From the NCBI GenBank assembly GCA_964016885.1, contig OZ024742.1, positions 317,998,001-318,062,000 of the forward strand: a stretch of DNA of 64,000 nucleotides. The letters are read 5' to 3'. Under the pieces are notes generated by a model. It was not told where the DNA came from. It did no database searches and saw nothing but the letters and a program-made list of their open reading frames with translations. The position numbers and the translations under genes were made by a program. The stretch's first letter is position 1. Every line of letters starts with the position of its first letter. Shown in pieces: positions 39,881-52,190 of this stretch. Source of the stretch: Eledone cirrhosa. Lineage: Eukaryota.

Positions 39881-40159
39881 GATTACTTTTCACTTGTTCT
39901 AGCTTCCTTCCAGATATTGAGATGTATTTCCACAAAGAATCAACATTTTAAAGCGACCACTTAACACCAACAAAATACAGTTAATCCTTTAATAAAACAC
40001 ATTTTCTAAATCATTCTATTTGTGGTGAATCATTTGTGTTAGTCATTTCTACCAGATTTTTATCGGTTGTTGTGTCGTTCTGACCTCTTCTCTTTTGACT
40101 AGCCTCCGCATTTACTGATTCAAAATAATTCAAGATAATCGAGCAAGCAAAATTGAGAT

Positions 40160-40555
40160 AATGGTTTCTGATTTAAGCACAATGCCAGCAATTTGGGGAG
40201 GGAGAAGTCGATTAAATCGACCCCAGTGCATTACTGATGCTTTATTTTATCGATCCCGTAAGAATGAAAGACAAAGCTAACCTTGGCTGGATTTGAACGC
40301 AGAACGTAAAGGGCCGTAACTCTATTTCACGAAGCAGTATCGGCAGAACGCCCGACACCCTGTTTCGTAACATAGAGTTACGGTCCTTTACGTTCTGAGT
40401 TCAAATCCAGCCAAGGTTAGCTTTGCCGTTCATTCTTACGGGATCGATAAAATATAATGCTTTGCTCAAGGACACAGCGCACCACCCGGTCCGGGAATCG
40501 AATTCACAACCTCATGATTGTGAATCCAACGCTCTAACCACTAAGCCACGCGCTT
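40160..40555. mobile_element. SINE cluster (inverted Nin-type pair and a CORE-type head)
   Basis: Head-to-head Nin SINE halves followed by a reverse CORE-SINE tRNA head. Confidence 0.7.
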
Positions 40556-40730
40556 TTATAATAACACGTATTTTGACTTATCTATAACATAAATTTTTCA
40601 GGTAGACACTCCTTTTATTTTAACTTGGATAAAATAAGCAATCTACCAATCTATTACAATAACAGGATGTTTACGTTCTTTATATAATTTCAAATCTTTT
40701 CACTTTCATATTTCATAAATATGTTGGAAA

Positions 40731-40881
40731 TTAGATTTCAGTTTGTGCAATCATGTATGAATCCGGGTTTCCCAGAGGCTCGGCCTCCGGGTCTGCGAGC
40801 CACACAGATGTTGCTGCGGCTCTACAGTAGGCTCTTGCGACCTCCACACGCTGTCCTGTCGCTACATACTTCTGTATATAT
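40731..40881 (-). CDS. Terminal coding exon of an unidentified - strand gene
   Basis: Acceptor ttactttatttccag|; phase 2; YIQKYVATGQRVEVARAYCRAAATSVWLADPEAEPLGNPDSYMIAQTEI*; GC-rich island in AT-rich surroundings. Confidence 0.7.
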
Positions 40882-40924
40882 CTGGAAATAAAGTAATTTC
40901 ATTATATTTTACATATTTTACATA

Positions 40925-41115
40925 AGGGCGACGATTTGGCCGTATCGGTAGAGGGTTGGACGTCATGCTTTCTAGCATAGTTACGTACTATTACGGTCTG
41001 AGTTCAAATCCCGTCGAGGTTAACTTTGCCTTTCATCCTTACGGGGTCGATAAAATAAAGTACCAGTAATGTACTGAATAATTGCTGGCCTTGTGCAAAA
41101 AGTAGAAACAATTAT
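40925..41115 (+). mobile_element. Nin/Deu-type tRNA SINE
   Basis: Full-length copy of the recurrent family. Confidence 0.8.
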
Positions 41116-41846
41116 ATTTTACACATTACTCATGATCAGTCAGAGTCAGTTACAATACTTGTCATTTACATTATTATTCTTCCACAGAAGTCACTTGAAC
41201 TGATTGACCCAATATTTATTTGTCAGACTGTCTGACTGTCTTGTCATGGATAGTTTTCTACTTTCCCATTATGAAGAGCTGTTACTAAGATTTACCAAAA
41301 ATTGATAATAGAAGGACTTCACTATATATATCACTAAAGATAACTTTTTTTTATCAAGAATTCTTTGAATACTAAATATGATAAACCCACAGTTAAGCTG
41401 CAAATTAAAGATGGCGGTATCAATGAACGTATAAAACAGAATCAAAGTGTACAATCTTTTAAAATATATATATATTTAAGATATAAACTTTTGTGTACAA
41501 GGTCCACAACTTGGGGCCCGAGCTGATGACATTGTTTCATGAATCATACATCTGTATTCTTGCTTTATCTTTTAGCAGTATTGGTTATAGAGTAGTCGTG
41601 GTCGCCACTTTAGCAGGGTTGAAGTATGAGTAGTCGTTACTTTAACAGGGTAGTAGGATGATGGTATCCTCGTTGGATTATCTTGTTGACATAGACGTGA
41701 GGGAAGGTCCCTCGATCTATTTACAATATTCCTTTCGTCAGGTCGCCAATTCCAGCAGCATGGATTATAGATGTTATTGAGACACGATTAACATAATAAT
41801 GATTTCAACAGCAGTAATTAGAGATGAAATGTATGTTTATTTTTGA

Positions 41847-42148
41847 TGTAGTACAAACAATGTTTGTTAACTTATATGGTTGAAGTTACAGATAAAAAGA
41901 GGTTACAAAAGGGAATGTGCCATTGCGCCGTTAAGCCGGCGAGGCTAGGGGCAATATGTCACCGTTACATTATGCGTGTTGCTGGCTTGAAGTTTCCGGT
42001 ACAAGAGAGAGATTCTTCAAATCTTCGCGGGGAATTTCTTTCCCAGGGCGCGTAGGGATACATCCTCTTCTACTGGCGCTGATTGGCTGAACTGAGCCAA
42101 ATCACGCACAGAGAATGTATGTGAGCCCGCGGAATGTAGGTCACTACA
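41847..42148. mobile_element. Possible solo LTR
   Basis: TGTAGT..ACTACA ends and GC-rich interior; no TSD found. Confidence 0.35.
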
Positions 42149-42177
42149 ATCTCATGTCCTGTCTTTTATATATATAT

Positions 42178-42266
<89 letters not shown>

Positions 42267-43316
42267 TCTACAGGACTAGAACTGTTTCATTCGGGAAAAA
42301 ATCATATTAAATATTCAGACACTGCTATGTTTGAGTACCTTACTTACTGTGGTTACCCCGATTGAACCCGGGACAAACTTATATATATGTGTGTGTGTAA
42401 ATAGATATTAAAAATTCTAATAATCAAACAAATCAATGATTTTTTGTTTTGATTATGAACTTAAATTATACTGACACTTTTCAAGAAAATTCTGGTTATT
42501 TTGACCCAAATGTGCTGCTGTAATAATATCGTAGTATAAACATATCGTAATTCAAATGTATTGATCATTCTATCGATCTACAACTTCTTAACCACACAGC
42601 TATACTTGTGCCTATACACTCACACACATCAGTGCGCGCGTATACATGTGTACGTGTGTGTGTTTCTAAACTTGCCTGCATGTAAGTATGTATATATGTA
42701 TGAATTTCTGGTTTTATTATTTTATAAATTTTCACCAATAGAGAGAAAGATCCGGTTCCTAACGTAGAAACAAGACTGTTTTATTGAAATGTAAACAACA
42801 TCAAGTAGGTAAATACATGTGTATGTTTGTATGTGTTTGTGTGTGTTTGCAGGTATGGATATTATTGCATATGTGGTTCTGTGTGTTTTGAGTTATATGT
42901 GTACACGTGCATATATTTATATATCTATACGTGTGTGTAAGCAGTTATTACATGCTAGGTTTCTTAAGTGTTTTACATATTTTTACAATTCCATTAATAA
43001 TAAGTATTTGTAACATCCTAACTAGCCGTACTCACTCTGGTTCTGTGAAGCCCAGCTTCTCAAGATTTGAACTGAGAAATAAATGATCACAGGCAGTGGC
43101 GGACTGGGTCTAAAAATGTTGGTTGCTAGGAGATGAAGGGGGCCCACCTACATATAGAATGCTATCATTTAATTTTTATAATGAATAAATAACATTTTCG
43201 AAAAATACATGCGGAAACAAAACAGTGCAATCAAATTTTTGCGGGAAAATATCTTACCTTCTCCAATAAAAAATATTATGTATTTTGTGAAATCCAGAGA
43301 CTTTCAATAATGACTA

Positions 43317-43770
43317 GAAGTCGACCCTAAATATTACTAATAGCTCTAGGAATGCCATGAACGACACCACATCTTTTTAACTTTGATTTTGAAAGTAGGT
43401 TTATAATTATCAATTTTCATCATACTGCTGTAGCTGTCTCGGTGGCCTAATGGGAGGAATCATAAACGGTGGTGATCCTGATCTGAAGTTCGATCCTGGT
43501 CGGGAGTAGGGTTCCCGGTAAGCCTTTTTAGTTTTTTTCTGTTAGTTGTAAAATAAAAACTGAAAAAGGTTACATGTACCTCTTGACCAGGATTGAACCC
43601 AAGGTCAGAATCTCCACCGTCTCTAGTACCTACCGCTAGGCCACAGCGACAACTACGAAATCTTATGAAAATTCATACATATAAACCTACTTTCAAAATT
43701 TTTAAAACGAAGAGTTGTGGTGTCGTTCATGTCTTTCTTAATGTTATTGCTCCTACTTAAGGTCGACTTC
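43317..43770. mobile_element. Palindromic MITE carrying two convergent tRNA-like Pol III units
   Basis: TA-flanked TIR GAAGTCGACCCTAA / TTAAGGTCGACTTC; A box, B box and oligo-T on each arm. Confidence 0.7.
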
Positions 43771-44254
43771 TAAATCATCTGGATGTTCCATAAACTACAT
43801 CTTCGTTTTGGTTCACATCTATCTGGACTATATTTTAACCTGTAATCCATGTTTCCTTTCTGCTGCATTTCATTCCACCCCCTCTCTTTTTCTCTGTGAT
43901 ATTTGAATCTACTATGATTTGGGCTTACCTTATTGCTATATATATATGTTTTTGCATGTCAGTTAGATTCAAACTTACAATGATTGGCATTATATATATA
44001 TATCTATACAGTGGCGGACTAGGTCTAACAATATTGGTTGCCAGATGAAGGGGGCCCACCTACATATAGAATGCTATCATTTAATTTTTATAATGAATAA
44101 ATAACATTTTCATAAAATACATAACTGGAAACAAAACAGTGCAATCAAATTTTTGCGCAAAAATATCTTACCTTCTCCAATAATAAATATTATGAATTTG
44201 GCGAAATCCAGAGACTTTCAATAATGACCTTTGGTCTTTCACACTCACTACGAC

Positions 44255-45587
44255 CAGACACTCATAGCTGAATCAATGGCCGAGCTAGAGAAGAAATTCC
44301 AAACATGGAAGCACGGCCTAGAATCAAAAGGCCTTAAAATTAACCTGGCTAAGACTAAAGTTCTAGTTTGTAGGAAAGAAAATAAGGCGCCGGTCCCTTC
44401 CGGGAAATGGCCATGCTCAGTGTGTAGGAAAGGCGTAGGTAGAAACTCCATTTTATGTCCCAAATGCAAAGTATGGGTGCATAAAAGATGTAGTGGGATC
44501 ACAGGTAAGCTAACTAAGAACATAGATTTTACATGTGGCCGGTGCTCTGGTGCAATAAGTAGCAGCAAGTGCCCACAAAATACTAGCTCTTACAACTGCG
44601 CAGAGGGCTCTATAGAAATAGTGGACAGCTTCCGTTACCTGGGTGACAAAATCAGCAGTGGGGGAGGGTGCTCTGAAAGTACAGTAGCTAGAGTCAGAAC
44701 TGGATAGAAAAAGTTCAGAGAGCTTATACCACTATTAGCCGCTAAAGGGTTCTCCCTAAAAATGAAAGGCAGGTTGTATGATGCCTGCATACGAACAGAA
44801 ATGTTGCATGGCAGTGAGACCTGGGCATTGTGTGCAGAGGATATACGCAGACTAGAGAGGAACGAAGCTTACATGCTCCGCTGGATGTGTAATAGTAATA
44901 TACGTGAACGGCAAAGCATAAACGAACTAAGGAAAAAATTAGAAATAAAAGGGATCAGATGTTGTTTACTCGAGAGAAGGCTACGTTGGTATGGACACGT
45001 GATGCGCATGAAAGTCGATAGCTGTATAACAAAGTGCAGGGCAATAAAGATAGACGGTAGCCACGGAATAGGCAGACCTAGAAAAACCTGGGACGAGCTG
45101 ATAAACTCCGACCTCACACACTTACACCTCTCCAAGACAATGTCACTGGACCGAGACCTTTGGCGGTACTCAGTAATAGAGAAGACCCGCCTTACCTAAA
45201 TACATAGTAAAACCTACTACAGCCAGTAGGCATCTCTAACAAAATACACCCCGTCCCACCACCCCCACCCCATCCACACCACCCCCTTCTATGTAAAGTT
45301 ATGTTGGTGCCACACCATCCAGGCCGAAACAAATGAGATCGTGTAGGTGTCACGACAAAAAAACACACAGTCCACGCTGTAATGTGGCCGTGTAGGCAAC
45401 ACGGTAAAAACCTCCCAGACCCACACTGTAAATGTGGTTGGTGTTAGGAAGGGCATCCAACTGTAGAAAATCTGCCAGACAGTCCTATGCGAGCAAGACA
45501 ATCACTCTTGCCTCAAGTGGGAATACCCCCGTCCAAACCCATGCAAGCGTGAAACAAGAAAGTTAAACGTTGATGATGATGATGATG
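44255..45587 (+). mobile_element. RTE-clade LINE 3' part with PHD-like finger, (GAT)n tail
   Basis: GLKINLAKTK, WPCSVCRKGVGRNSILC..C..WVHKRC, FRYLGD, MLHGSETW, RRLRWYGHV and GRPRKTW; one in-frame stop at about 44705. Confidence 0.9.
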
Positions 45588-45682
45588 ATATATATATATA
45601 CACCACCTTCACCACTAATTGAGTTGACAGATGTCTAAGTATATAGATGTGTAAGTATATAAATATATATATATATAATAAA

Positions 45683-47230
45683 TGCCTCAATTTTATAGCC
45701 ATATCAGGGGAATGAACACTTCAATTCTTGCTCTTATGTTGGCATGCGAACAGAACTGCAGAGACTAATGTTTCTGGGTAACACTCTTCATCAGTACAGC
45801 TCACTGTTCACCTGCCAAACTGTCAGAGCTAGTGAAAATATATGCTAGTTTCAAAAATACACAGTTACTGATCGGCCTGATTTGCATATTAGCAGACTGG
45901 CTGATCAGTCAGATCTGCATATTAGCAGATCCACTGATCAGCCAGATTTACATACAGCAGACTGGCCAGTCAGTTTCCTGTATACGAGCGATAAATGGCC
46001 GGCTTTGCCACATTCAAATAAAAAAAAATCAAAAGTGTAACACACCTCCACTAAAAGTTGGATTTTCTTTGCTCACGGTATGAAGAAGAGACTGACTAAT
46101 ACATAGTTACCGGCTTTCATTGTTAGTGTTGTGTGAAATATATAATCGCCTTATCTAAACTTAGTATTGCCACAACCACGGCTGGCAAAGAAGTAAGGGT
46201 CTGGTGGTACGTAAGTAAGCAACACTGTGGCTGAAAACGTGAGGAAGAAGTTGTGTGCACTTACCAACTGTTTGGGGAATGAGTGTGAGATTTGTCTTGA
46301 GCAAGGGTGGAAAATGACCGGAGGCAGCAGACAGCCAGAAATACAGACAGATATTATAAGGGCGCGTTCTGGACGCAGATGGAATTGTGGGAAGTGACGT
46401 AATGCAGACAGCCAGACATACAGACAGATATTATATGTATGTATCTATCTAAAAAGAGAAAGACTAAGAATTATAGAGAGATCGCTAAATCGCATAATGC
46501 GGTCCCTAGGGCTTTGAAAATTTAAAATTCTTTTTTTTTTTGCTCAGAACACTCCCTGAAACATAAATATTACATGTGTAAAGTTTGAAAACAGTTGGTT
46601 GTGTGCTTCTATAGTTTTAGGGATTCAAACTCACACACACACACAAACAGACATCCTCAATTTTATATATATAGATAACATTCGATTCGTTTGCAATTTT
46701 GCAAACAAGTCTCAATTTTATAGCCATGTCAGGAGTATGAACACTTCATCCTTGCTCTTATGTTGGCATGTAATCAGCCATGTAGAGCGAAATTTTCTTT
46801 TTTATTTGAATTTGGCAAAGCCGGCCATTTATCGCTCGTATACAGGAAACTGACTGGCCAGTCTGCTGATATGCAAATCTGGCTGATCAGTGGATCTGCT
46901 AATATGCAGATCTGACTGATCAGCCAGTCTGCTAATATGCAAATCAGGCCGATCAGTCACTGTGTATTTTTGAAACTAGCATATATTTTCACTAGCTCTG
47001 ATAGTTTGGCAGGTGAACAGTGAGCTGTCCTGATGAAGGGTGATACGCAAAAACATTAGTGTCTGCAGTTCTGTTCGCATGCCAACATAAGAGCAAGAAT
47101 GAAGTGTTCATTCTCCTGATATGGCTATAAAATTGAGGTTTGTTTGCAAAATTGCAAACGAATCGAATGTTATTATTAATATACTCAGATTACATTTATT
47201 GTATTCAGCCATGTACAGCGAAATTTTCTT
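45683..47230. mobile_element. Compound inverted HHR family B element
   Basis: About 345-bp arms 45683-46027 and 46797-47139 in inverted orientation; HHRs at 45748-45809(-) and 47015-47077(+), each with a core or stem mutation. Confidence 0.85.
46460..46676 (+). mobile_element. Possible non-autonomous Helitron/Helentron-type repeat
   Basis: Internal (CA)n and a ..ttttatatatatagat end typical of HINE/Lep1-like repeats. Confidence 0.4.
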
Positions 47231-47280
<50 letters not shown>

Positions 47281-47284
<4 letters not shown>

Positions 47285-48060
47285 GAATGATTAGGTATCG
47301 AGAAAGAGAAGAGAATGGAAAGATGATCGATACATATATTTAGTTGCCACTAGTTTATGTGTGCTCAATACTTGTGCCTACAGGGTTAAATATTAGAGGC
47401 GTCAATATTTAGTGGGCGAGAGAGAATAAGCAGAGAATCCCATGGGATCTCGAGACTCTCCGCCAATGAAGATATCTTCAACCAGGCGGCTGAATATTAT
47501 AAAAAGCTTTACTAAATGCCGGTTTTAACCCGAAAATATCCTACATCCTTAACGCTAGCTCTAGAAACCAACCCCAACGTAGGAATAATGTTATAGTGAG
47601 CCATACCTATAACAGAGCACGCTACAGCCATGACAGCGTCAAGAACTATAGTATAGAGAACCACACTAAGAAACTTGGCCACACCGTTAATTACATGAGT
47701 GGCGACCAAGACAACCGACAGTATGGTAAGTGTTACCCGATTGGTAGCGCCACCCGCTGCAGCCTATTAAAGTTATTCCCTAACTATAAGACCAGCAACT
47801 GCGGCGGCCTATTACCAACACCCTCCAACCCACGTCCAGCCACACATAGAAAGTAGAGAGGTAAGGCGCCCCCCACATGAACATAAAGTAATGGGGACGA
47901 ATAACCGGCTACAGCACAGGAACAACCGTAAGCACTGTCAACTAGGAAGCACAACCTGTAGCAAACCAACTGTAAAGCGGAAACGCCACCGTAATATCAT
48001 ATGGTTCCACCCCCACCCCCACCCCACTCTCGAAGTGTGGCCTCCGACGTACCAAGAGAC
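47281..48060 (+). mobile_element. Second Naiad-type PLE fragment with an inverted 3' end
   Basis: ISRLSANEDIFNQAAEYYKK (from 47446) and KRKRHRNIIWFHPP (from 47974) parallel ISMLSANEEIFINHAAYYNK and RPRHITWLNSP in the - strand ORF. Confidence 0.75.
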
Positions 48061-48134
48061 AATGTAAGGGAGGTAAGTTATAATTATCTAAGTTAGCTAT
48101 AACTATTTAACTTATTAGCTACAAGTAAGAATGG

Positions 48135-50558
48135 GGCTAGATGACAAATATTCTGTTGGCGAAGGAATTAGCCCTTCGATGTTGACAGCTAATAGTTACC
48201 TCCGTTCTATCGTTAACCAGTAGAGGTCGTGATAGAGTTATGTAATATGCTTCAGTAAGACAGAGGTCACAAGAGTTTCTTCGTCCATTGAACGGTTGGG
48301 CCCTAGCCAAGATATCCCATGTTAGTGAGTGTTCAATGTTGGTTAATTTAAGGTTTTTAATGGCCTAGCTAGAGATGTCTAACATCTGTTATTAGGGTCT
48401 CGGAAGGAAAAAGAGTGCGCGTTATAGCGTACCTTAAAAGGGTTAGAGTTAGAGCCGATATAGGAGCTGGTATGCGAAGCAGTTTTAACCGTGCACCTAT
48501 AAACTATATTGGGTGTCAGGCAATGTCCATTTAGTGGGCATGCATTAGGGTAACGGCAGTTGCAGTTACTTCTGCGGTTAGTGAGAGTAGGGTTGTTTAA
48601 CCTAAGTGGTTGGTCAGTGCTAGAAGGATTAGATGGGCGAGGTGTGCTACTAGAGTAAGTATTGGTGTAGTGGCGTGGTGTATTTGATGGGGGGGGGGTA
48701 CCGCGGTGTGGGAGTTATATTGTCTTAGTTCATGATGGTTACTGAATGCGATGTGACTAGCTAGGTAAAGTGTTGTGGAGAATGAGATTTTAATGTTGTT
48801 TTTATTAAGAGTTTGTAATATCTTGGGGAGGGGGTGTTTAGATAGGATAGAGAAGAAGCTTTTAGGGATATTAGTGGCTAGATTAAATGAGAATGGGGAG
48901 TTAAGCCAGGTGATATGTCTAGGCCTATTCCTTCTAGGGGTTCTAGTGGAGTTGGTAGGGACCTTCATAGGGTTATTATTACCTGGGTATTTGTTATTTG
49001 TCATCCCATTGCTCATTCCTATTCTAGGGTTGATTTTTAGTTTGCTACTTGGAGTGGGAAGCAGGCCACTGCCACCATTAAGGTTCCCTGTATAAGTACT
49101 GTTACTGCTAAAATTCCGGCGAATCTGGCTATATGCTAAGGTATTTCTAGTTCTAGTGTTAAGTTTATTATGGTTGTGGTGAAGTGCTGTGTTATGGAAT
49201 TTAGGTATGTAGTAAATGGACTGTTCATAACCAAATTCAGAAAGAGCCTTATTATAATATGCCGCATGGTTTATAAATATCTCCTCATTTGCTGATAGCA
49301 TGGAGATCCTATACGAGATAGATTTGATTACTGCTCTGATGACTGTCGGTGGGTGGATAGAGTGTGGGCTAATATATGTAAGTATTTCCCCTGGTTTATT
49401 ATAAGGGTAATATAGGTTATTGTTAAGATCCAGGGTAACGTCTAGGAAGTTTACTACTTTATGGTTCGGCTCGATGGTGATAGAGAGACCGTTATTTTTA
49501 AAGAATATATGTAATTGTTTTTTGAGCAACTCAATGCCTCGATTAGTGCAATTGTGGACTGCAAATAGGGCGTCGTCCCTATATATTCCGCCTTGCAAGG
49601 GTTGGATTTCAGCTCTGATGTTATGTAATAGGTAAATTCCAACTAAATCGGTGATTTGCGCAGAGTCACTTGAGCCCATCGTGATGTCAAAGCTGTCTGT
49701 TCTGTCTTTTCTAGTCCAGAGTGCTCCGTTGAATTCAATGATGGTCTGCCTAGCCATAAGTATGATGTCAATCTCATTATTGGTTATGTCAGAGTTGGTG
49801 CTGGCTAGGGTTAATGCTTTGTTGAGCAGTGCCGGGGTTATTGAAGCGTAATAGCTGTCAATGTCAAATTGGAGGAACCTCATAGATTCATTGGACCTTA
49901 GATCGGAGAACCATCTAATGACTTGGCCGGTGTTTGACCACAGCTTGTAGGTGATATCATCTCGTAGCCCAGGGATGATCCTATCAAGGATGTTCTTACT
50001 GATAAGACCCAAGTCGGATGTGGTTGGGCTTATAAGTCTAATAGATGGGTTCTCTATAAAGTTTGGCTTGTGATCCTTGAGAGAAAACCTTGGGGTTGTA
50101 GGTACATAAGGGTGGGTAAATCTATCCAGATGTAAGTCCTTAACCAAAGCCTGGGCTTTTCGGTTAAGTAAGTTTACACTGGAGGGTATAGTTTTTTTAT
50201 AGTTTTTATTAAGTTCCTTAAGAAGGAAAGAGTTGTAAGTTTCAGGAGTCATGGTGTATAGATTTTTAGTTTTGTCAGACATAACATGTAAGAGGTAGCT
50301 ATCTTTAAATTTGTTTATAGTTGTTGCTAATTTTGTGAGGAAATTATTCTTCTGTCTATAATGCTTTTTGAATTTAATGCTCCTGGCGAAGTTAAATAGA
50401 TCTTTGTCAAAAGGGTCTAGCAGGATGTTGTGTGGAGGGTTCTTGCAGGTGGTAAATCCATATCTGTTTGCGGTACTTCCGGCGTCAGCAGCACCCGCAC
50501 CCGCACGGTCGAAGTGGAAGGCTTTCCATCGTATTCTTTGGATGAAAGAGTTGACACT
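48135..50558 (-). mobile_element. Penelope-like element (Naiad-type): RT plus C-terminal GIY-YIG, 5'-truncated and disrupted
   Basis: RWKAFHF, LKDHKPNF, FLQFDIDSYYASI, MGSSDSAQITDL, YRDD and FLDVTL; after a frameshift near G10 (48689-48698): CNCR..CPLNGHCL..IVY..YIG..FKVRY..CDLCLTE..CQH; one internal TAG and a further frameshift. Confidence 0.92.
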
Positions 50559-50633
50559 ATATATATATGTGTATATATGTATATATGTGTATATGTGTGT
50601 GTGTATATGTGTGTGTGTATATATATATATTGT

Positions 50634-50920
50634 GAAGGCGTATGACTTAGTGGTTAGAGCAGTAGGCTTGCAATCGAAAGGTAGTGAGTTCAATTCTCGG
50701 ACCGGGTGGTGTGTTGTTTCCTTGAGCAAGTCACTTTATGTCACGTTGCTCCAGTTTACTCAGCTGAAAATGAGTACCAGCAATAGCTGGAGGTTTAACC
50801 CTGCGATGGACTGGCGTCCTGTCCAGGGGGGAGTCTTGTACTCTCCGCCGCTTCACGCCATGAAACCGGGATAAGCACCGGCCAAATGATCCTTCTGGCT
50901 TAAGACAGACTTTAGACTTA
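50634..50920 (+). mobile_element. Full-length CORE-type tRNA SINE
   Basis: tRNA head, CORE domain and AACCCTGCGATGGACTGGCGTCCTGTCCAGGGGG body; related copy at 63085-63310(-). Confidence 0.8.
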
Positions 50921-51294
50921 CAGCCTGCCCGCCTAGCCAGTGGGATGGCGTCATCATATGGCTAAAACAGCACGTGCTGTGACCAGCTTTAGATTTAGTA
51001 GAATGTACAACCACTGATTCCAGCTATTTGCACTATCATATACTTTGGTTTCTAGTAATTACCTGGGGAATTGGTTGACCAAATGCTTTGCTTAATTGTT
51101 TTATTTTAATTTTTTTAATTTTATTCTTTCTCTTAGATTTCAAGTATTTTTTGAAAGCAAAGCATTGGCCCCTAAAATACTACTGTGGGCTCTTTCAAAG
51201 TACCGTGGGCTCCCTAGAGCCCACTTGCCATTGGGCAACCTAGCAACCTGGCCTGTCCTCCACTGATCACAGGTATAAATCTAAAGGTATAGTA

Positions 51295-51735
51295 AAGCTC
51301 TATATCTACAGGTTCCGCATTAGGTCAACATAAATGCTCTCATTTTCACTAATCTTTAGCATTATATTGACATCTGCTGGTTGCTAGACAACTGATTTCC
51401 ACTACTGCGCATGCTTTCTTTTCTCTGTCCCATATGATGTCTGGTTTGTTATGTTTGCATTTTATTGGGATTTTGATTGGAACATTCACCCAGTACTCTT
51501 TCATATTATGTATGCGTATGCCTTCCACATCGCTCTGACGTTTTATATGTTTATTTTAAGAACTATTTCTTTTCTACGGATTGCATTGTATAGTGTTTTG
51601 GCCACTACATAATGCCTTTTAGGTAGATAGTATCGTAATGATATCTTTAGACAGCTACTTATGATGTGGGTGACATCGATGTTTAGTCCGCAGAGTTTTC
51701 ATCTGTTGTAACAACTAGGTATTTGCATTCATCCC
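51295..51735 (-). mobile_element. R4/Dong-like RLE fragment
   Basis: EYWVNVPIK..KHNKPDIIWDREKKACAVVEISC. Confidence 0.75.
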
Positions 51736-51776
51736 TATGTGTGTATGTATGTATGTATGTATGTATATATTTCCGC

Positions 51777-52190
51777 GAGAGATGACCCCTTAGCCTTTGT
51801 CAAGGCAGAATTCTAGGAGAAGGAAAACTCTGATATAACACCTGCAACCCTGATGGTATCCAATGATGTTGACTTGTTCTTCTTTTTGGTAAATATCATC
51901 TTGGTTAAGAGAGTGGGACTGGCTTTGTGCAGTGCCTTTGCTCACTATAAAAGCTTCACGGCACAGGCATTGCTTTATATCTGGAGATCTCTCTGCACTT
52001 GTCGTCACATGGTACCATGGGCCCAGCACTATGTGTCAATAATTGTCACAAGTGTAGTGTTTGTGCCAGAGTTTTCAAGTCGCTGGCTGGACTAAAAAGT
52101 CACACTCGTTCAGCACATCGGTAGGGGCTCTCCTACATGGATATAAAGTAGTGGCCGTACTCGAAAACGAGTTGGCAGCCACCACCATGT
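51777..52190. repeat. (TATG)n-associated repeat, second copy
   Basis: Near-identical to 18955-19362. Confidence 0.8.

Larger units (their letters stand above)
43094..51265. mobile_element. Non-autonomous hAT element expanded by nested insertions
   Basis: TIR CAGTGGCGGACTGG vs reverse complement CAGTGGAGGACAGG; exact 8-bp TSD atcacagg (43086-43093, 51266-51273); left end duplicated at 44009-44228. Confidence 0.8.

Noticed and set aside
50559-50729. N-terminus of the 710-aa ORF
   Set aside because: Read-through into a microsatellite and an antisense SINE head; the PLE sequence begins near SVNSFIQR
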